IMG/VR virus record: IMGVR_UViG_3300045581_000306
Coordinates: 1-63,361 of that record
Source: a virus
Lineage: Duplodnaviria; Caudoviricetes
Strand: one strand, 5' to 3'
Length of the DNA: 63,361 nt
Shown here: in pieces, positions 13,092 through 24,658 of the stretch
Numbering within the stretch: position 1 is the stretch's first letter
Layout: each line of letters begins with the position of its first letter
Made by a program: the position numbers and the translations under genes
The notes under the pieces: model-generated
What the model saw: the letters and a program-made list of their open reading frames with translations, nothing else
Databases searched by the model: none
What the model was told of the DNA's origin: nothing

Positions 13092-13261
13092 TTTCCTTTA
13101 CGAAGCACATTAATTAAACCTACTAAACCTAAACCAGCAACAAGGATTTGATTCTGCAACTCTGGATCAAGTTTTACTCCAAGTGCCGTAGCTACAAGGA
13201 TTAAACCGCGCCATGTAGAGTTCTCGGACAGACGCTCCAATAAGATATTTACAATTTTCAT
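13088..13261 (-). CDS. Holin-like membrane protein (start MKIVNIL)
   Basis: RLSENSTWRGLIL plus two hydrophobic segments and a basic C-terminus. Confidence 0.65.
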   Translation of the reverse strand: MKIVNILLERLSENSTWRGLILVATALGVKLDPELQNQILVAGLGLVGLINVLRKGK

Positions 13262-13464
13262 TTGTCTTTTATGGTTTTTGAGAAGTGCTGCCAAGCATAT
13301 ACTACATTGTCATCAGCTTCTCGATCTGGATTTGCATATGGAACATACGAAACTGACAACTTAATCGCTCCAAGTTTACCTTGATGCTCTCCGGTTGGCG
13401 GAATCGGTATACTCACACATGACGAAAGATACATTAACGAAATCAATGTCAAAAAATATTTCAT
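13258..13464 (-). CDS. Lipoprotein (o-spanin-like)
   Basis: Signal peptide with lipobox LSSC in the lysis cassette. Confidence 0.6.
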   Translation of the reverse strand: MKYFLTLISLMYLSSCVSIPIPPTGEHQGKLGAIKLSVSYVPYANPDREADDNVVYAWQHFSKTIKDK

Positions 13465-13667
13465 TTTGCTTTTGGTTTTTTATCTTTGCTCAATTTTGAT
13501 AGCATCACATAGATGCTAACCCAAGCAGCAGCAATAGCTGAAATTGAAGCTAAAATACGGAACCATACATCTAATTCAGGTAACATAGAAATAACAACAG
13601 CAAATATACTGAAGATTGTACCAGTAATCCCGGTTCCTTGCGAATAAATTCCGTTGTCTGAGTTCAT
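13461..13667 (-). CDS. Two-TM membrane protein (holin/antiholin-like)
   Basis: Two hydrophobic helices, basic tail, ATGA coupling. Confidence 0.6.
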   Translation of the reverse strand: MNSDNGIYSQGTGITGTIFSIFAVVISMLPELDVWFRILASISAIAAAWVSIYVMLSKLSKDKKPKAK

Positions 13668-13849
13668 TTTGTTCCTTCTAATTCGTATGCCCAAGGCAAG
13701 TTAAGTTCTGCCGCTTTTGCTTCACATTCTTCTTGTGTTCCGCAAAATATGTTTTCTTGTGTAGTTGTTATTCCGATAACTTCTTCCAAAAGAATTAAAC
13801 ATTTGTCATTATACACTAACTGAAATGGGCCCTCTTCTGTGATAATCAT
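13664..13849 (-). CDS. Small acidic protein following a fibre gene (possible chaperone)
   Basis: 61 aa, tight packing. Confidence 0.6.
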   Translation of the reverse strand: MIITEEGPFQLVYNDKCLILLEEVIGITTTQENIFCGTQEECEAKAAELNLPWAYELEGTK

Positions 13850-13850
13850 A

Positions 13851-15262
13851 CTATGTCAAGGTTAGTGTGCTTGTCAACGAATCGTAAGAAGGAGTTAGTC
13901 CACCTCCATTCGTCAATGTTATCGAAGCATAGGATTGCGTTGTAGAAGTCGGAAAAAACTTGAATGTCATTCCAGAAGATGGAACAACATTGAATGAAAC
14001 GCTTAATGTAGTGTTCGTAAAGTTTGCAGTTGCGGTAACTGTTCCGGGTGATGTTCCTCCATTGTTTACAATGCGCCTTGTTGTTCCAGCCAGAGTGCTT
14101 GTTGCTCCAGTATAAAGAAGCGTTCCACTTAACACCAATGTTCCAACTCCTAGTTTGGTAACACCACCTCCGCCGCCTCCATCAGAAAGACCCCCTGTTG
14201 TTAGTGTGACTCCTGCATTTGGACTAAAAATAGCCCCTCCTGCTTGAACGATGTAATTAAATGGAGTTGGAAGTGTCACATTGACTGTTGCAACAAATGT
14301 TCCACCATTGAAATTGAATGTATTTGTTCCGCCACTTCTAACAAATGAGTTGCAGTTTAAGGTTCCTCCGTTGAGACTAAATGTAGATGTTGATGTTGCT
14401 CCACCAACAAGCCCCCACCGCAAAGCTGATGTTAGTGTCATAACACCAGAGTTCAAATTAACTATGCTGGTTGTTGTCCCGCTTCCACCACCAAGATCAA
14501 ACCCTTGAGTCAAAAATGTTCCGCCATTTATATTAAGAGTGCTTAAAACTCCAGCCTCCCATGCCATTCCATTAACTTGAAGCGTTCCACCATTACAATT
14601 AACAGTCGATGTTCCCCCGCCATTCTCGCCCATAAACAATCCTGTTGTAATCAATGTTCCTCCAGTAATTGTAAGAGTTGAAACACTTGTCAACGGCAAT
14701 GAAAGTTGAAAATTTCTAGGATTCGCGGCTTTAGTTTGCGTATGGGTTCCAGAAGACACAACGATTGTTCCGCCTCGTAATTGAACATTTCCACCAAAAG
14801 TTGAAGTTCCAGATAGCGTTTGAGTTGCTGATCCAGTTTTTTGAAAGGTTCCAGTCGAGCTTGTAAGATTTCCAGAAAATTCAGTTGATCCAGACCCGGA
14901 TAGCGTTAGCTGATTTGCGCCCAATACTACATTTCCAGAACCAGCAATTGACGCTACAGTTTCTGATCCACCAATCTGAAATGTTGCGCCAGAATCCACT
15001 TCGATATCAGAAGTATCAGGTATTTTATCTGCTGCACTTGTAGTAAGCGTTCCTCGGCGAACTATTGTTTTACCAGTATAGCTATTAGCCCCAGAAAGCG
15101 TAAGAGTTCCAATGCCATCTTTTATGAAATCAATAGCACCTGATGTTATTGATGAAAGCGTGTAAGAAACAAATACCCACAATTTTGTAAATAAAGTATT
15201 TCTTACAACCGCATATCGATTGTCATCGGCTCCAACATAAATTTTAGATGCTTCATTCAGCG

Positions 15263-15266
<4 letters not shown>
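13851..15266 (-). CDS. Fibre/adhesin with autotransporter-associated beta-strand (PATR) repeats
   Basis: [24 protein letters not shown]; [11 protein letters not shown]; [16 protein letters not shown]. Confidence 0.8.
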
Positions 15267-16790
<1,524 letters not shown>

Positions 16791-16794
16791 AATT

Positions 16795-18033
16795 TTATCC
16801 AGTTACAGTCCAGCCTTTCGCTGTTGCGATTGATGGATCATCAGATGCCGTTCCATAGTTTCCAGTAACAGTAATCGTTTTACCTGTTCCATTGGAAGAA
16901 AGGTTAGCGTAAATCTCGTTTAGTGCAGCAGCCCCAAACATACAGTTTGCCATATTGACTGAAACATTAATTCCAGTAGCTTGCATTCTAGTTAGTGAAC
17001 TTGAACTTCCACAAAACGCTTGCCCTGTTAGAGTATTTACAGCAGACAAATTGATAGCTGGGATTTTTTCTAATGCAAAGCAAGAAACAAACATACTTGT
17101 TGCATTTGTTACTGCTGAAGTATCCCATCCAGCGATATTTAAGTCTCTCAGGGAAAAACAACTAGCAAAAATGCCATTCATATTTGTTACCGAAGAAACA
17201 TCCCAGCCAGATAAGTCTAATTCCTCTAGCGCATAACAACTATTAAAGAGGTTCGATAAACTCGTTGCATTGATTTTTCCGCTTGGTGCTATAAATGAAA
17301 TCATTCCATTACATCCAAGGAAGGCGTTTGCCCAATTAGTTATACCGGATGTATTCCAAGTAGAGCAATTTAATTTTGAGATAGCTCCACAACTTCTAAA
17401 AATATTGCCGACATTGTTTATATTTGTCATGTTCCACTCAGTTTCATTGAGTGATTGTAAGCGGGTGCAGTTAAAAAAGAAATCCGCGAGGCTATTGATG
17501 TTGCCCCAGCTAGTGATATTGACTCGCTCCAAAGAGGAATGACGAACTGCATTTCCTCCAAGAATTAAGTTATTACCAGCCCCAAGATTCGGAAGGTTTA
17601 TATTAATGTCGAGGAATCCAGAGTTGTATTGTTGCAATCCTGAAGGAGAAACTTCTCTTATGCCAAGTTGGGCAAAAGTAAATACACCACTTGTCGGCGT
17701 AATTGAAATAATCGCTTGCTTATATCCACGGGTTGTTAGCGTTCCATCCAAGGCAGGATTGTTGAAATCGTAATTATGGCTTACTGTCGTATTGCTATTA
17801 AAGGTTTCTACAACACCATCACCCCAATCTACTTGATAAGTTCCAGTACTTGTAATCATCCGCAAGCGCGTATAATTTTCTGTCTGATCGGATACGGATT
17901 TTAGAATTTTAACGGACTGCGGTTCAGCAGCAGGAAGCGGCAACCAATCGGCAGGTCGTTGGTAAGTAGTGGAACTTTGTCCTGCGTCAAACAATGGAAC
18001 TTGCCCTAGATATACTTTAATTGGCTGAGGCAT
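16795..18033 (-). CDS. BspA/DUF285-type LRR surface protein with a PKD-like segment
   Basis: WDVSSVTNM..IF and WDTSAVTNATSMF repeats; VDWGDG; IATAKGWTVTG end. Confidence 0.8.
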   Translation of the reverse strand: MPQPIKVYLGQVPLFDAGQSSTTYQRPADWLPLPAAEPQSVKILKSVSDQTENYTRLRMITSTGTYQVDWGDGVVETFNSNTTVSHNYDFNNPALDGTLTTRGYKQAIISITPTSGVFTFAQLGIREVSPSGLQQYNSGFLDININLPNLGAGNNLILGGNAVRHSSLERVNITSWGNINSLADFFFNCTRLQSLNETEWNMTNINNVGNIFRSCGAISKLNCSTWNTSGITNWANAFLGCNGMISFIAPSGKINATSLSNLFNSCYALEELDLSGWDVSSVTNMNGIFASCFSLRDLNIAGWDTSAVTNATSMFVSCFALEKIPAINLSAVNTLTGQAFCGSSSSLTRMQATGINVSVNMANCMFGAAALNEIYANLSSNGTGKTITVTGNYGTASDDPSIATAKGWTVTG

Positions 18034-18470
18034 TATTTAATAAAATAAAGTGTGTTCGGATCGTAAGTTCCAAGCGCATCATACTCGCCTTGCGTCAGGC
18101 AGCGAATACCATTTACTGGAGTGGCATCGGCGGTTGATCCAACCACAATAGGGCCGCTTTTGTCAGGGATAGTAAGAGTTCTAGCAGTAGTGCTAGACGG
18201 AGTTAGCGTTGTAGAGTTCGCGCCAACAGAAAGAACAAGACTACCAGCATTGGTCAGTTCAAGTTCGTTATTTTTATCAATAGAAAGAAGCTGATCGTGA
18301 GAGTGCTGATAAGGCGCACCAATCGGAACTACATTCCCTGTGCTTGGGTGCTTTCCATACCAAACCTGATCTGCATAATTTATAGCAACTTCTCCGCTAG
18401 CCAAATCTGTAGTTAGCGGAACTTTATCAGCAATAGTGCTTTTTTTAGGTATAATTTTAGGATTAGCCAT
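18033..18470 (-). CDS. Fibre connector protein
   Basis: N-terminal KKS...P...L.SGEVAIN and C-terminal LTQGEYDAL...TLYF. Confidence 0.75.
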   Translation of the reverse strand: MANPKIIPKKSTIADKVPLTTDLASGEVAINYADQVWYGKHPSTGNVVPIGAPYQHSHDQLLSIDKNNELELTNAGSLVLSVGANSTTLTPSSTTARTLTIPDKSGPIVVGSTADATPVNGIRCLTQGEYDALGTYDPNTLYFIK

Positions 18471-18487
18471 CTTATAGAAGAAGGTTT

Positions 18488-18516
18488 GCCCCCGTGGGTT
18501 TTACCCCACGGAGGAC
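18488..18516 (-). terminator. GC-rich stem-loop (terminator/stabiliser)
   Basis: GTCCTCCGTGGG-GTAAAA-CCCACGGGGGC after the 305-aa gene. Confidence 0.55.
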
Positions 18517-18531
18517 TTGTTTTATTTAACC

Positions 18532-19449
18532 TTAGTAAACTCCACCATCAATGGTGGTCTCAAGAGCAGAGATGCGGGTTTCGTGATCCGCAACATCAGC
18601 TTCGAGGTCATCCAAGCGGCTATCAGCACTAGCAGCTTCAAGGGCGTCAACGCGATTGCTGAGGGAGGTATCAGCAGTCGAGCGAGCGGAAGCCTCGGCA
18701 TCAATGTTGCTTTGGAGCGTGGTGTCAGCAGCAATACGAGCATTCTCTTCGTCATGAATCTCAATAAGGAGATTAGAGTCAGCAGCAGCGCGATCATTAA
18801 TCTCGCTAGTAAGATCAGCCTCTACAGTCGTGACGCGAGCTTCAAGAGCAGTTGCGGCAGACTCAACACCATCGATGCGAACTCCGAGAGCGGAGTCGCC
18901 AGCTTGGCGGTCGCTAACCTCTTGAGCGAGGGCAGCGTCATTGCTCAAAACATAACCAGCAAATGCTTGATCGTTAGTGGTATCAATAGAATTGATAAGG
19001 GTAACGATTTCAGCAAAACTATCCTTATCGGCCTCAGAGGCATCAAGGATTGCATCCACGCGATTCTTCTCGGTGGTGATTTTCGCATCGAGAGCATTGT
19101 CAGCAGCAACACGCGAAGCGGCTTCAGCCGAAACTGCGGCAACGCGAGCAGTTTCTTCGGCGGTAATGTCATCAGCGAGATCGCTTTCAGCGGCTTGAGC
19201 GCGGCTAATCTCAGCGTTCAGATTGTTGGTCAGAGTCGTATCAGCAGCTTCACGAGCAGATTGCTCAGTCGAAACAGCAGAGTCAACATATGTCTTCTTA
19301 GCAAAGATATGCTCGCCACCAATAGCGATAACTCCTTCGGCAGTACCGATAAGAAGACTTTTGTTGAGTGTATCATAAGCTGGTTCGCCAACCTGCAATG
19401 TTACAGGTGAGCCAGAACCTCGTTTAAGTTTGATAATTGGATTAGCCAT
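18532..19449 (-). CDS. Coiled-coil head fibre protein
   Basis: IKLKRG...LQVGEPAYD N-terminus; E..AR.AAD..L heptad repeats; IDGGVY end. Confidence 0.8.
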   Translation of the reverse strand: MANPIIKLKRGSGSPVTLQVGEPAYDTLNKSLLIGTAEGVIAIGGEHIFAKKTYVDSAVSTEQSAREAADTTLTNNLNAEISRAQAAESDLADDITAEETARVAAVSAEAASRVAADNALDAKITTEKNRVDAILDASEADKDSFAEIVTLINSIDTTNDQAFAGYVLSNDAALAQEVSDRQAGDSALGVRIDGVESAATALEARVTTVEADLTSEINDRAAADSNLLIEIHDEENARIAADTTLQSNIDAEASARSTADTSLSNRVDALEAASADSRLDDLEADVADHETRISALETTIDGGVY

Positions 19450-19498
19450 AATGTTTTATTTTGTTTTTTGTTGTTTGTTTTTCTGGTTATCAGAAATT

Positions 19499-19675
19499 TT
19501 ATTCTGGTGCTTGCTCGTATTCGCCAGCATCAATTTCAGCGACATTAGTTAATGTTCCATTTTGGGTCTGAGCTATTTCATTCCCGTTTGGAAGAGTTCC
19601 ATCTTCACCTATCTGAAAAGTAGAACCACCACCAAAATCAAGTTTCCCTGTAAATGGATTGAATTTTACCGCCAT
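19499..19675 (-). CDS. 58-aa fibre linker ([14 protein letters not shown]...EIDAGEYEQAPE), not in the ORF track
   Basis: Manual translation; shares its N-terminus with 15263-16597 and an IDxGxY motif with 18532-19449. Confidence 0.75.
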   Translation of the reverse strand: MAVKFNPFTGKLDFGGGSTFQIGEDGTLPNGNEIAQTQNGTLTNVAEIDAGEYEQAPE

Positions 19676-19676
19676 C

Positions 19677-19946
19677 TTATGAAATACTAACTTTTACTAA
19701 ATTAGCATCATTTGTAATTGGAGGCTGAACTGAATATTCCAAGGTAAGAGTAGCAACTGCGCTGCCATCTTTGCTATAAACAACAGTCGCCACATTGTTA
19801 GTTGACCCGTAATAAGATAAAGTCAGTTCATCATATTCAGGAATTTGAAATCCTTGAAGATTTGAAATTGCTGTAGCGATGCTTGTGGTTCCATCTAAAA
19901 CTAGATGGCGATACTTTGCTGTGTCGAGAATCGATGGGATATCCAT
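19677..19946 (-). CDS. Small virion protein (possible capsid fibre anchor)
   Basis: IPEYDELTLSY...VATLTLEY; first gene after the capsid gene. Confidence 0.7.
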   Translation of the reverse strand: MDIPSILDTAKYRHLVLDGTTSIATAISNLQGFQIPEYDELTLSYYGSTNNVATVVYSKDGSAVATLTLEYSVQPPITNDANLVKVSIS

Positions 19947-19967
19947 AGTATTATAATTAGCTGAATT

Positions 19968-20000
19968 GGGGAGCGTGAGCCATACCTTCTCACGCTCCCC
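19968..20000 (-). terminator. 12-bp stem-loop downstream of the major capsid gene
   Basis: ggggagcgtgag-9 nt-ctcacgctcccc; no clear U tract. Confidence 0.6.
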
Positions 20001-20016
20001 TGTTTCAACTAACTAA

Positions 20017-21225
20017 TTACAGACCACCAACAGAGGTCGAGCAAGGAAGCGGAATTCCGTCGAATGGGCAACGCTTGTAGACAATCGCGCAAACATTCTG
20101 CGGACGAATCGGCTGAATCGCACGGGAGATTTGGTAGATGTGCTGACCAAAATCACCATAGAGGTTGCAATCGTTGTCGCGGAAGTAAGTCCACTCCAGT
20201 TCGCCCATCGCGAGTTGCGGAGCAAAGCGGAAGGTTCCCTCACCTGTGTAGGTTTCAGGCACAAGACGCTTGAACGCCTCGCCAGCAATGACGAACATGA
20301 CTTCGTAAGGAGCCGACACCCAAGCAGGATTACGGCGTTGAGCGAAGCCATTCGTAACAGCGGTGCTGACGATAGGATTGACGAGAACGAGGTTGCCAGA
20401 ACCATCGTAACCAGTCGCACGAAGAGGTTGCTGATCGATGCCGAAAGCAAACCCACGATAACCAAAGAACTGATAGCCTTTGATCGAGTCTTCACCGAGC
20501 TTGAACGAACCAGTCGTAAGAGCAACGAGGTCTTCTTTGACATCGGCATCGTTACGGAAGTTTTCGATCTGATCGGCGGAAGCCATGACCATGAAGAACT
20601 CGCCATCTTTAGTGCCAAAAGGCTCGGCAAGCATCTCTTCACGGAGGAAGGTTCCGATTTTGTAGAGGGTCTTGAAGTTCATCGGAGCATCAGGAAGGAT
20701 GCCAGTAGCGAACTTCGTGTTGATCGCTTGCATATCGCCAGTCAGATTCTGCGAGAACGACCGGGTGCTATTCGACACATACTTGATGCCAGACTGGATC
20801 AGGTACTGATAACGGATATCAGCATTGATAAGCTGGAGGATGGTCTTCTCAAGCGAGATTTGAGCTTGGAGATACGAACCCTTGAAAGCGGTACGCGAGG
20901 TCTTCACGCAGACGCGAGGCCCAGCACCACGGAGGGTCTGAAGCTGGAACTGATACTCGGTCGAACCAACTTGGTCGGGAGTAGCCCCAACGCCGCAGAG
21001 GGTTGTGTCATTCGCGAAGGTTGGCGAAGCGAGCGAGGCGGCAGGTACTGCCATCTCTTGCACAACGGAACGCACAACATCCGAAACATTCGGAAGAGTG
21101 CCGCCATCAATGGAGTTAATGTAGGGAGATTTGCGAGCAAGAACTCGACCAATCTGACCGATAATGCGGTTTACATCTTTAGCCGCGAAGTTCTGGACTG
21201 CGGCTAGTGAAATACAATCTGACAT
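20017..21225 (-). CDS. Major capsid protein
   Basis: 402 aa; follows portal and scaffold; strongly biased codons; long leader and downstream hairpin. Confidence 0.75.
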   Translation of the reverse strand: MSDCISLAAVQNFAAKDVNRIIGQIGRVLARKSPYINSIDGGTLPNVSDVVRSVVQEMAVPAASLASPTFANDTTLCGVGATPDQVGSTEYQFQLQTLRGAGPRVCVKTSRTAFKGSYLQAQISLEKTILQLINADIRYQYLIQSGIKYVSNSTRSFSQNLTGDMQAINTKFATGILPDAPMNFKTLYKIGTFLREEMLAEPFGTKDGEFFMVMASADQIENFRNDADVKEDLVALTTGSFKLGEDSIKGYQFFGYRGFAFGIDQQPLRATGYDGSGNLVLVNPIVSTAVTNGFAQRRNPAWVSAPYEVMFVIAGEAFKRLVPETYTGEGTFRFAPQLAMGELEWTYFRDNDCNLYGDFGQHIYQISRAIQPIRPQNVCAIVYKRCPFDGIPLPCSTSVGGL

Positions 21226-21267
21226 AGTTTTAGTTTTCTAGTTTTGGGTTTTTGTTTTAGTTTACTG

Positions 21268-21432
21268 ACCCCTACTAGTCCTAAAACTGGCAGGGTATCA
21301 AATAAGGTTTTAGATGCGATTTCTCGCATACATAAATTCTCGTTTGTTACCCCGGCACGCTGGGCGGATTCGGCCTGATTGCAATGTTAGTAGGCATTGC
21401 TACCCGTTGGATAACGCTCCAACACCTCGCGG
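21268..21432 (-). ncRNA. Candidate structured leader RNA of the capsid gene
   Basis: Several hairpins including GCAA and GAAA tetraloops in a 241-nt gap. Confidence 0.45.
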
Positions 21433-21439
21433 TATAAAT

Positions 21440-21470
21440 CATCTACTACATCACTTTTTTAACCTGTCAA
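21440..21470 (-). promoter_or_regulatory. Possible promoter for the capsid leader
   Basis: TTGACA at 21470-65 followed by TG-TAGTAG; weak -10. Confidence 0.35.
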
Positions 21471-22042
21471 ATAATCGGAGCAAATTTTTTTGAAAATTTT
21501 TCCTGCATTAATTTGATGTCTTGAATGTGTTCTAGTGAGTCCACATCTAAATCTACAAATGGATTGAAAATATCTTTTTCATATTTGATTACTCCATCCT
21601 GAATCAAGTCTTCATTAAGGATTCTTTGCAAAGCAGCATTGCATATTTCTTTTGAAAGATACATCACGCAAGCAGGGTTTCCGTTTATCACAAAAGAATT
21701 CGCTTCATAAGCGTTAGCAATGCTTGGAGTGAATCCATAATTCAAAACATCATAGTCGCTAATCCAACCTCCACCCGCCGCATGGATAGCGCAAAGACGA
21801 TTGTATCGAAGCTGAATTACTTCTACAGATTCGTTCTTTGTTTTTTCAAGCAGAGGATATGTTTGAATTAGCTTTTTTTGAAGTTTAATTCGGTTTGGCG
21901 AAATCTGCGCGTGACTTGAATTCAACATCACAGGATTCCACCCGGCGCGAGTCCATGAATCCTTCCAAAGATTGGCTTTTGAGAATTCTACTGCCTGATC
22001 ATTCGCCTGAAGCGATTCGTAGTAAGCGTAAATATTTTTCAT
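21467..22042 (-). CDS. Glycosyltransferase-like (DxD) protein
   Basis: WKDSWTRAGW.PV.L and GGGWISDYDV motifs. Confidence 0.6.
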   Translation of the reverse strand: MKNIYAYYESLQANDQAVEFSKANLWKDSWTRAGWNPVMLNSSHAQISPNRIKLQKKLIQTYPLLEKTKNESVEVIQLRYNRLCAIHAAGGGWISDYDVLNYGFTPSIANAYEANSFVINGNPACVMYLSKEICNAALQRILNEDLIQDGVIKYEKDIFNPFVDLDVDSLEHIQDIKLMQEKFSKKFAPII

Positions 22043-22989
22043 CAGTAAGTCTTGTAGCCAAGATGGAATGTAGGCACAGAAAGGTCGATGTGCGTTGCGT
22101 GTCCTGCTTTCTTTGCTCGGATGCAGAACGAAATGTCTTCGCCTGTTTTGCCATCAATCGGATGAAAATAATTCCCGTCGATATCCGGGTAAGTTTTGGC
22201 GATATCTTCAAATACCCTACGATGAACAAGCATTGCGCCAGTACCTAGCCAATCAACTTCAACAACAGCATCTTCGTACTGCCTTGCTCGCGCCACTAAA
22301 GACTGGTCAGAGCATACCAACCCAGCACCTTCTCGACGCTCGAAATAAGCAGCACCGACGATGGTTTTATTATCACCAATCAGTTTGTGAACAATATGCC
22401 TCTGAAGTGGCAAATCCAGCACATTTCGAGCAGAAGGAACCCAAAAGCGCATCCATTCCGGTCGGCCAATGCACGGGATCATATCGTCATCCAGCATCAA
22501 CAACCAACGAGCGTCAGTTTCAAGGAATTTAGCGGCAAGTTTGTTCCGCGCCTGATAAATCATGCTGTTGCCGCACTCCATGTCGAAACGGATTTTGTCG
22601 CGCCCGAAATCAAGTGCCAAAGCGGTCAAAACGAATGCTGTGACCGGGTTGGTGGTCTTGTATGCCACCATGCCTACAAAGATGTCTCTGCCGCCAAACT
22701 CGCAGCGATACGAAGGCATCCCTTCTGGAGTCCTAGACTCAATAATCGGGCTTTCAAAAACATCCTCCACGATGTCTTCTTTTTTCGGCGGAACAACTTT
22801 TTCAAGGCGAGGTTTTTTCTCTGGTTTTGCCTTAACTTTTGGTTGTTTTTTCACGCTTTCCTTTGGCGTTTCCGCTTCAGTTTGTTCCTTTTTTTTATGC
22901 CGAAATGGCATAACGAGATTTGCAAATGGATCGAATGAATCAAGAGCATTTGCGGTATTCTTTTCGAGTTGTGTAGTTTTTGTATCCAT
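22042..22989 (-). CDS. Glycosyltransferase, GT-A/family 2-like
   Basis: ARNKLA..FL...WLLMLDDDM; GTGAMLVHRRVFE; GEDISFC.RA. Confidence 0.85.
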   Translation of the reverse strand: MDTKTTQLEKNTANALDSFDPFANLVMPFRHKKKEQTEAETPKESVKKQPKVKAKPEKKPRLEKVVPPKKEDIVEDVFESPIIESRTPEGMPSYRCEFGGRDIFVGMVAYKTTNPVTAFVLTALALDFGRDKIRFDMECGNSMIYQARNKLAAKFLETDARWLLMLDDDMIPCIGRPEWMRFWVPSARNVLDLPLQRHIVHKLIGDNKTIVGAAYFERREGAGLVCSDQSLVARARQYEDAVVEVDWLGTGAMLVHRRVFEDIAKTYPDIDGNYFHPIDGKTGEDISFCIRAKKAGHATHIDLSVPTFHLGYKTY

Positions 22990-23014
22990 ATTTATTTATT
23001 TAAAAGTTTTTATC

Positions 23015-23097
23015 TTGCGTGGATGGGACTTGAACCCATACAGGATTGCTCCTAGCAGATTTTAAGTCTGCTGCGTCTGCCATTTCGCCACCACGCA
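23015..23097 (-). tRNA. tRNA-Leu(UAA)
   Basis: Acceptor TGCGTGG/CCACGCA; anticodon arm GCAGA-CTTAAAA-TCTGC; long variable arm; T arm ATGGG-TTCAAGT-CCCAT; CCA not encoded. Confidence 0.9.
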
Positions 23098-23102
23098 ATT
23101 TT

Positions 23103-24374
23103 TCAATTGCCTAGTGCCTCATCCAATCCTGCGTCAATAGCATCCGCGCTATTCATTCGCAGTCTGTCGTTGAGGTTAGGAGCGATGCGGTTTGATCCGC
23201 TCACATTCTGCCGGGGAAGTCGTCCTGCGTTTTTAAGCCTGTTGTTTTCTTCGGTCAGTTTTTTCAACTGTTCCGACATTTTTGCTTTTGAGGTTTGCTC
23301 GATTCGCAATTGTTCAGTAAGAACATGGGAGAAGACAGCAGCAGCAGCAACATTAGCGCGATCTTGAGCAGTAGTAGGCCAAAGAGCAGAGTTGAATTTT
23401 TCAGCAAGGCTACCAACGGCAGCATTGTGTCTTTCAATCTCTTGAATTTGATCCTGCGTTGCACCTTGCGGAACTTCTCGGAACCTAGCCCACGGGAGGT
23501 CTTTCGTCACCTGATCCATATAGGTGTCGATTTCGTTGACTGTGCCGTGATACCAGTTTACCTGCTCTTCATGTTTTTTAGCATAATACTGCTCGGCATT
23601 TTGACTGGCATTCTCGATCTCAAATTGTTGCTTTTCCTTTAGGTCAACAACATCAACAAGGTTGCGCTTGAGTCGCTCCGCTTCAGTTAGTGGCAGGCGA
23701 TCAATTGCATTAGTTTTCCACCATTGCTGGTCGATCTTGTCAGGCCCACCCGCTTTTTCGATGCTTTGAATTACCTCATCGCTTGCTCCATTAGCTTTGA
23801 GAATCTTGTAGATGTTCTCTTTTGCACTAGCAATAGGCGCATCAAATTTCGATTTGAATTCCGGGTCGTTCTGAATATCAAAAATCGCCCGAAACTTACG
23901 AAGTTCTTCGTAATCTTCAGGTACTTTTACTTGCTGCTCGGTTTCGGCAAGTTTTTGGCGCAAGATTGCCGCTTCTTCGGCTTGCTTTTTGTATTGGCTA
24001 GCGGTTTCTTGCAATTTCCGCCAGTTGCTTTGATTCTTTTCAGAAAGGTTACGAGGACGCTCAATAGCCGCGATTTCAGGGTCGATTTCGACTTCTGGTT
24101 CGGCTTTTGGCTCGGAAGGCTCGGCTTGCTCTTGCTCGTCTTGGACGGGTTCTTCTTGGGCAGACTCTTCGAGTTGCTCTTCTTGGACGGGTTCTTCACT
24201 TTGTTCTTCATTTTCTTGAATAGGTTCTTCGTTGTTTGTTTCAATTCCTTCCGCTTCATCCAACATCTTTTCAAGCGTGGAATCCAAATCGGCATCGATT
24301 GGATCGGCGTCAAGGCTAGGTTCTCCAAAGCTGGAGGCTACATTTGGTTCAATTGCGTCTTCGTTATCTTTCAT
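23103..24374 (-). CDS. Capsid scaffolding protein (putative)
   Basis: Acidic N-terminus plus coiled coil, between portal and capsid. Confidence 0.65.
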   Translation of the reverse strand: MKDNEDAIEPNVASSFGEPSLDADPIDADLDSTLEKMLDEAEGIETNNEEPIQENEEQSEEPVQEEQLEESAQEEPVQDEQEQAEPSEPKAEPEVEIDPEIAAIERPRNLSEKNQSNWRKLQETASQYKKQAEEAAILRQKLAETEQQVKVPEDYEELRKFRAIFDIQNDPEFKSKFDAPIASAKENIYKILKANGASDEVIQSIEKAGGPDKIDQQWWKTNAIDRLPLTEAERLKRNLVDVVDLKEKQQFEIENASQNAEQYYAKKHEEQVNWYHGTVNEIDTYMDQVTKDLPWARFREVPQGATQDQIQEIERHNAAVGSLAEKFNSALWPTTAQDRANVAAAAVFSHVLTEQLRIEQTSKAKMSEQLKKLTEENNRLKNAGRLPRQNVSGSNRIAPNLNDRLRMNSADAIDAGLDEALGN

Positions 24375-24401
24375 GTGTTTATTTATTTATTGTTTGTTTT
24401 A

Positions 24402-24656
24402 TTACTTCATTGATTTTGCGCCTTTGCACTTCCACTTTTTGCGCGAAAGTCGGTTCGGAGAATTAGGATCATTCTTCCAGTCTCCCTTAATTTTTAGCGA
24501 TCTCGCGCAATAGGCATCGCCCTTTTTAGTTCCGGGCCGAATACGATCTTTACCATCTGCTGCCTTTCCAGCTTGACCATATTTAACTGTGCGTTTGCGC
24601 CCAGTTTTTGGATTGGTAACGATTTTAGTGAAGCGATGTTTGATTTCAGCACTCAT
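24402..24656 (-). CDS. Small basic conserved phage protein
   Basis: VKYGQAG...PGTKKGDAYCARS...SRKKWKC. Confidence 0.75.
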   Translation of the reverse strand: MSAEIKHRFTKIVTNPKTGRKRTVKYGQAGKAADGKDRIRPGTKKGDAYCARSLKIKGDWKNDPNSPNRLSRKKWKCKGAKSMK

Positions 24657-24658
24657 GT

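Noticed and set aside
20131-21207. 358-aa plus-strand ORF (also 18517-19410, 32327-33451, 16053-16634, 23724-24413, 51622-52251)
   Set aside because: Antisense shadows of codon-biased or repetitive minus-strand genes; no recognisable motifs.
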